64,000 bases of DNA from positions 192,001 to 256,000 of the forward strand of contig CAVQRZ010000001.1 of assembly GCA_963715335.1 (NCBI GenBank), read 5' to 3'. The notes beneath the pieces were generated by a model that was not told where the DNA came from, searched no databases, and was given only the letters and a program-made list of their open reading frames with translations. Position numbers and translations under genes: made by a program. This document shows positions 59,309 to 64,000 of this stretch, piece after piece. How positions within the stretch are numbered: position 1 is the stretch's first letter; each line of letters opens with the position of its first letter. This DNA is from an uncultured delta proteobacterium (lineage in GTDB: Bacteria; Desulfobacterota; Desulfuromonadia; Desulfuromonadales; BM103).

Positions 59309-59962
59309 ATGCTTGAAATACGTTACGTATGGCAATGGCCGGTTCGCATCTGCCACTGGGTCAACGTGATCTCCATGATCATGCTTTCGATCACCGGCTT
59401 TTACATCGGCAGCCCCTTCATGACGGCACCGGATTCGTCGATGTTTATCATGGGCTGGATGCGGTTTTTGCACTTCGCGTTCGCCTACCTGTTCACCGTC
59501 TCGGTGGCAGCCCGCATCATCTGGATGTTCATCGGCAACCACCATGCCTCATGGAAGGCGTTTTTCCCCTGGGTGACCCCCAAAGGAAGGTCCGAATTCA
59601 TCAAGATGTTCCGCTATTACACCTTCACCGGCAAAAAGATCTCCTACGAGGTTGGTCACAACCCGGTAGCGGCAACGGCTTATGTCGGCATCTTCGCCCT
59701 GTTTATCTTCCAGATTGTCTCGGGATTTGCCATGTACGGCCAATTCGCCCCCGGCGGATTCTGGGATGGCATCTTGGGCGGGCTCAACATACTGGTCGGC
59801 AATCAATGGATTCGGCTCCTGCACCACGGTGTCATGTGGCTGTTGGTCGGCTTTATCATCAACCACGTCTACAGCGGCTGGCTGATGGACGTGAAAGAAC
59901 GCAACGGCACCATGAGCGGCATCTTCAGTGGCTACCGTTTCATTGACCCGGAGGAACTTTAA
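59309..59962 (+). CDS. Hydrogenase b-type cytochrome subunit
   Basis: YVWQWPVRICHW, LHFAFAY, GHNPVA, LLHH, NHVY heme ligands. Confidence 0.93.
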   Translation: MLEIRYVWQWPVRICHWVNVISMIMLSITGFYIGSPFMTAPDSSMFIMGWMRFLHFAFAYLFTVSVAARIIWMFIGNHHASWKAFFPWVTPKGRSEFIKMFRYYTFTGKKISYEVGHNPVAATAYVGIFALFIFQIVSGFAMYGQFAPGGFWDGILGGLNILVGNQWIRLLHHGVMWLLVGFIINHVYSGWLMDVKERNGTMSGIFSGYRFIDPEEL

Positions 59963-60447
59963 TGTCAATCCTGGTCCTCGGACTGGGCAATTCGATTATG
60001 ACAGATGATGGTTTCGGGGTGAATGTGGTCAACGCGCTTTCATCCCGTTACCATTTTCACGGCAAGATCCGCCTGATTGACGGTGGCACTCTCGGTCTTG
60101 ACCTGCTGCCACATCTGGAAGAAGTGGAATCCCTTCTGATCATCGATGCCCTCGACATGCGCGACAAACCAGGCTCGATCTTCCGCCTGGAAGGCGAAGA
60201 GGTGCCTCGGGCATTCGCCAGCAAACTCTCGGTTCACCAGATGGGCCTGCAGGATCTGCTTGCAGTAGCTGAACTGCAGGGCCATGTACCAACCCGCCTG
60301 GTGGTCTGGGGTGTTCAGCCTGCAAGCATCGAGATGGGGACAGAACTGACCGCGATGGTCGCATCTGCGGTAGAACCGGTCATGCAAAAGGTGCTGGGGG
60401 AGCTGCAATCCTGGGATGTTGCATTCGAAGCGCGAGGCGGGCAGTGA
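59962..60447 (+). CDS. Hydrogenase maturation protease (HyaD/HybD family)
   Basis: LVLGLGN..MTDDGFG, IDGGTLG, SVHQMGL. Confidence 0.93.
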   Translation: MSILVLGLGNSIMTDDGFGVNVVNALSSRYHFHGKIRLIDGGTLGLDLLPHLEEVESLLIIDALDMRDKPGSIFRLEGEEVPRAFASKLSVHQMGLQDLLAVAELQGHVPTRLVVWGVQPASIEMGTELTAMVASAVEPVMQKVLGELQSWDVAFEARGGQ

Positions 60448-60473
60448 GAGGTGCGCGGCGGGCGGGCCGCCAG

Positions 60474-60863
60474 ATGTTACAGCTCATCATCTTGTCAGTG
60501 CTGCTGTGTGGCTGCGGCCAGGAGCGACAAGACTATCCCCAGCGACAGATGCCGCAGGGGTTGATGGAGGACAGCGCGCAACTGGCCGCCGGTCACGCTC
60601 TGTTCGGTGACAAGTGCGCCAGCTGCCACGGCAAGCCAAGCGAAGGACGTTCCAGCCGAGCGGTTTTTTTTCAGCCGCCGGCGCCGGATTTCACCGAAGC
60701 CCGTTTCCGTGACAGCGACCCTGCCTACCTGTTCTGGAGGATTGAAGCCGGCAAGACCGTCGAGCCCTACCTTTCAAGCGGTTCGGTTATGCCTGCCTGG
60801 CGCGGGCTGACAGACCGGGAGATCTGGCAGCTGGTAGCCTATTTGAAAACCCGCGCAGACTAA
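60474..60863 (+). CDS. Monoheme c-type cytochrome, probable lipoprotein
   Basis: LLCGC lipobox, CASCHG, PPAPDFT, SVMPAW; alternative GTG start at 60444 overlaps the protease stop. Confidence 0.85.
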   Translation: MLQLIILSVLLCGCGQERQDYPQRQMPQGLMEDSAQLAAGHALFGDKCASCHGKPSEGRSSRAVFFQPPAPDFTEARFRDSDPAYLFWRIEAGKTVEPYLSSGSVMPAWRGLTDREIWQLVAYLKTRAD

Positions 60864-60888
60864 GCACAGGAGGCTTCCTGTAGAAGAC

Positions 60889-60918
60889 AAAAAGGGCCGG
60901 GGTTATCCGGCCCTTTTT
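60889..60918. terminator. Bidirectional intrinsic terminator
   Basis: AAAAAGGGCCGG-ggttat-CCGGCCCTTTTT between convergent genes. Confidence 0.85.
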
Positions 60919-60940
60919 ATCTTGGATTTTCTGTAAAAGG

Positions 60941-62794
60941 CTATTCGTTCCAACCCTCCGGGTGCACATCGCCGATCTGCTCCCAATGCTCTGGGGAACG
61001 CCACAGGCTGGAGATGATCAGTTCGCGCATACGCAGGAACTCCTTGGGGAGTTTATCAAACATCTTCAGGAACAGTTCTTCGTGGGAAAGGACCTCGGCC
61101 TGCCAGAGATCGCGATCGACTGAGGTCAGGGCGTTGAATTGTTCGCGTGACACCTCGAGGCCCTCCCAATCCATGTCTTCGTAGCGGGGCATCCACCCCA
61201 GGGGGCTTTCTACGGCACCGGTCCGACCCTGAATCCGTTCAATGATCCATTTCAGAACGCGCATGTTCTCGCCATAGCCCGGCCAGGCGAATTTGCCATT
61301 CTGGTCCTTGAGGAACCAGTTGACGCTGAAGATGCGCGGCGGCTTGGCCACCGAGCGCCCGACCGACAGCCAGTGGCCGAAGTAGTCGGCCATGTGGTAG
61401 CCGCAGAACGGCAGCATGGCAAAGGGGTCGCGACGCACGTTGCCGGTGGCTCCAACTGCAGCAGCGGTAGTTTCCGAGCCAAGGGTGGCGGCGAGATAGA
61501 CACCGAAGTTCCAGTTGAACGCCTGGTAGACCAGCGGGATGGTATCTTTGCGGCGGCCACCGAAGATCATGGCGCTGAGTGGCACCCCCTTGGGATTTTC
61601 CCAATCGGGGTCGATCGACGGGCACTGGCTTGCCGGTGAGGTGAAGCGTGCGTTGGGATGGGCCGCCGGGCGACCACAGTCGGGCGTCCAGGCGGCCCCC
61701 TGCCAATCGGTCAGCTTCTCTGGCAGTTCATCGGTCATCCCCTCCCACCAGACATCACCATCTTCGGTCAGCGCCACGTTGGTGAAGATGGTGTTGGCGG
61801 CACAGGACGCCATGGCGTTGGGATTGGTCATAACCGAAGTCCCCGGGGCAACACCGAAGTAGCCGTACTCGGGATTGATGGCGTACAGCCGGCCGTCGCT
61901 GCCAGGCTTAATCCAGGCGATGTCATCACCGATGGTGGTCACCTTCCAGCCCTTGTCTGTAAACCCTTTGGGCGGAATCAGCATGGCAAAGTTGGTTTTT
62001 CCGCAGGCGCTCGGGAAAGCGGCCCCGACGTAGGACTTCTCCCCCTGCGGTGACTCAACGCCGAGAATCAGCATGTGCTCGGCCAGCCAACCTTCGTCAT
62101 AGCCGATCTTCGAGGCGATGCGCAGCGCCAGACACTTCTTGCCGAGCAGGGCGTTGCCGCCATAACCGCTGCCAAAGGACCAGATTGAACGTTCTTCGGG
62201 GAAGTGGACGATGTATTTCTCTTTGTTGCAGGGCCAGGAGACATCCCGCTCGTCCGCTTTTAGCGGAGCGCCGATCGAGTGCAGGCAGGGGATGAAATCC
62301 CCGCCGCCAAGGACGTCGAGCACCGCCTTGCCCATGCGGGTCATGATGCGCATGTTGACGACGACGTAAGGTGAGTCGGTGATCTCGACGCCGATTTTGG
62401 CAATCGGTGAGCCGAGCGGGCCCATACTGAAGGGGATGACATACATGGTCCGCCCCTTCATGCAGCCCTTGAAAAGTTTCCGCAGCTTGTCCTTCATCTC
62501 TTTCGGCGGCATCCAGTTGTTGGTTGGGCCGGCATCGTTTTTGGAGATACTGCAGATGAAGGTGCGGTCTTCCACCCGGGCCACGTCGATCGGATCGGAC
62601 CAGGCCAGGTAGCTGTTGGGGCGTTTCTCCTGGTTAAGCTTGCGGAAGGTTCCCGACTTGACCAGCAAGTTGCACATCTCGTCGTATTCCTTCTGGGACC
62701 CGTCACACCAGTGGATGCGCTCCGGCTCACACAGTCCCGCAACCTCATCGACCCATCTCAGCAGTTTGTCGTTCTTGGGAATTTCAAAACTCAT
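60941..62794 (-). CDS. pckG: Phosphoenolpyruvate carboxykinase (GTP)
   Basis: [57 protein letters not shown]. Confidence 0.97.
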   Translation of the reverse strand: MSFEIPKNDKLLRWVDEVAGLCEPERIHWCDGSQKEYDEMCNLLVKSGTFRKLNQEKRPNSYLAWSDPIDVARVEDRTFICSISKNDAGPTNNWMPPKEMKDKLRKLFKGCMKGRTMYVIPFSMGPLGSPIAKIGVEITDSPYVVVNMRIMTRMGKAVLDVLGGGDFIPCLHSIGAPLKADERDVSWPCNKEKYIVHFPEERSIWSFGSGYGGNALLGKKCLALRIASKIGYDEGWLAEHMLILGVESPQGEKSYVGAAFPSACGKTNFAMLIPPKGFTDKGWKVTTIGDDIAWIKPGSDGRLYAINPEYGYFGVAPGTSVMTNPNAMASCAANTIFTNVALTEDGDVWWEGMTDELPEKLTDWQGAAWTPDCGRPAAHPNARFTSPASQCPSIDPDWENPKGVPLSAMIFGGRRKDTIPLVYQAFNWNFGVYLAATLGSETTAAAVGATGNVRRDPFAMLPFCGYHMADYFGHWLSVGRSVAKPPRIFSVNWFLKDQNGKFAWPGYGENMRVLKWIIERIQGRTGAVESPLGWMPRYEDMDWEGLEVSREQFNALTSVDRDLWQAEVLSHEELFLKMFDKLPKEFLRMRELIISSLWRSPEHWEQIGDVHPEGWNE

Positions 62795-63233
62795 TTTTCT
62801 TGCCTCCCGTCGGATGGTTTTCTGTATGTCCAGTCAATAATACCCTACCATGTTATTTACTGTTGGCAGTGTGCCACGGCGATATTTAACAAACGATGCA
62901 AAACGGTGGTGGCGCAACCCCAGCCTGGCCACATTTTTCTTGATAATAAAACTGAAATATACACGTCCGGCTTTCATTTTCACAACAACAAATTCAGCCC
63001 TAGATAGAACCATTGGAAATTTATGATTCTACAATAACCAGGCGTAAGCGCCATTTTTACTTTTTTATCCTCGCTAAATTTGTTAAAGTGCCGCAGCTAT
63101 TTGTAACGACAGGGATAATGGCCGTGATTGTTCGCCTGAAAACCGCGAAAAACAGCTTGATTTTATTTGGCAGCTTACCCGATAGCTTCCACGATTGGTC
63201 AGAAATAGGTCTTGTCAGAAGGAGATAAACGCC

Positions 63234-63273
63234 GGCTTGTCACCCTAGTTGTTATTGTGACAGGCCTTTTTTT
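63234..63273 (+). terminator. Terminator-like hairpin in the 5' leader of pckA
   Basis: GGCTTGTCAC-N13-GTGACAGGCC followed by T7, 60 nt before the ATG. Confidence 0.55.
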
Positions 63274-63333
63274 ATAAATACCAGGACAAAAACCAGAGGA
63301 AGTTAAGAGCTTCCAAACCCAGGGAGTCACATA

Positions 63334-64000
63334 ATGTCAAACCTTACTGCTCAGAGTCTCGGACTGAAAAACATCGGCACGATTCGTCACAATCTTGATT
63401 ATGACGAACTTTTCGAATTGGAAGCCCAAAACTCCGAAGGGGCAATCTCGGAAAACGGTACGATGATGGTGGACACCGGCAAATTCACCGGTCGTTCCCC
63501 CAAGGACAAGTACTTCGTTCATCAGAAACCATCCTTTGAAAATATTGCCTGGGGTAAAATTAACCAGTCGATGGCGCCAGAAGTTTTCGACGAGCTTTAT
63601 AGTGAGGTTATCGATTATCTCTCCGGCAAGGATCTTTATGTAACCGACGGATTCTGCGGTGCCAACGAAAAGACCCGCACCTCGGTCCGCTTCGTCACCG
63701 AGTTCGCATGGCAGTCTCACTTTGTGAAGAACATGTTTATCCGCCCGGGACAAAGTGACCTCGACAACTTTGCGCCCCAGTTCACCGTGTACAACGCCTG
63801 CAGCCTGACCAACGAGAGATGGGAACAACACGGCCTCAACTCCGAAGTGTTCGTTGTTTTCAACATCGAGAAGAACGTTGCCATCATCGGTGGCACCTGG
63901 TATGGCGGCGAAATGAAAAAGGGCATCTTCACCATGATGAACTACTGGCTGCCGATGCAGGGAATCCTCTCCATGCATTGCTCCGCCAACGTCGGCAAAG
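63334..64000 (+). CDS. pckA: Phosphoenolpyruvate carboxykinase (ATP), runs off the window end (absent from the ORF track)
   Basis: Manual translation from ATG 63334: [15 protein letters not shown]...[15 protein letters not shown]...[19 protein letters not shown]...SMHCSANVG. Confidence 0.95.
   Translation, partial: MSNLTAQSLGLKNIGTIRHNLDYDELFELEAQNSEGAISENGTMMVDTGKFTGRSPKDKYFVHQKPSFENIAWGKINQSMAPEVFDELYSEVIDYLSGKDLYVTDGFCGANEKTRTSVRFVTEFAWQSHFVKNMFIRPGQSDLDNFAPQFTVYNACSLTNERWEQHGLNSEVFVVFNIEKNVAIIGGTWYGGEMKKGIFTMMNYWLPMQGILSMHCSANVGK

Noticed and set aside
57677..59545. 622-aa antisense ORF over the hydrogenase genes (and similar long shadows at 27421-28608, 5872-6756, 63337-63978)
   Set aside because: Antisense shadows expected from GC-rich codon bias of well-supported genes on the opposite strand
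63115..63180. Resemblance to a fluoride (crcB) riboswitch (GTTCGCC...AAACCGC)
   Set aside because: Lacks the conserved GATG and the TGAC pseudoknot partner

Overview
GC-rich (roughly high-50s %) chromosomal window from an anaerobic deltaproteobacterium, most likely Desulfuromonadales (Desulfuromonas/Geobacter-like). This is inferred from gene content and order (folK-YHS-tal, hya-type hydrogenase, c-type cytochromes) and from regulator motifs. It is mostly housekeeping and energy metabolism: a RelA/SpoT-TPR fusion (5'-truncated), sprT, a NikR-boxed nik/cbi MNQO ECF transporter, sigma54-type sucCD, miaA, pcnB, moxR-DUF58-transglutaminase, a P-type ATPase, a DUF1302-DUF1329-YCF48-RND-acyl-CoA ligase cluster (first gene frameshifted), a complete V/A-type ATPase operon, split class II ribonucleotide reductase with dCMP deaminase and NrdR boxes, an orphan zinc-free rpsD, archease-rtcB, a membrane-bound [NiFe] hydrogenase operon and divergent GTP- and ATP-dependent PEP carboxykinases. 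I found no rRNA, tRNA, CRISPR array, transposase or prophage. The least explained signal is non-coding: a ~190-nt multi-hairpin element present three times (two inverted copies at 6.85-7.52 kb bracketed by a second palindrome, one at 53.1-53.3 kb) whose stems are conserved while their sequence changes. Product calls come from motif recognition by eye, not from database searches.
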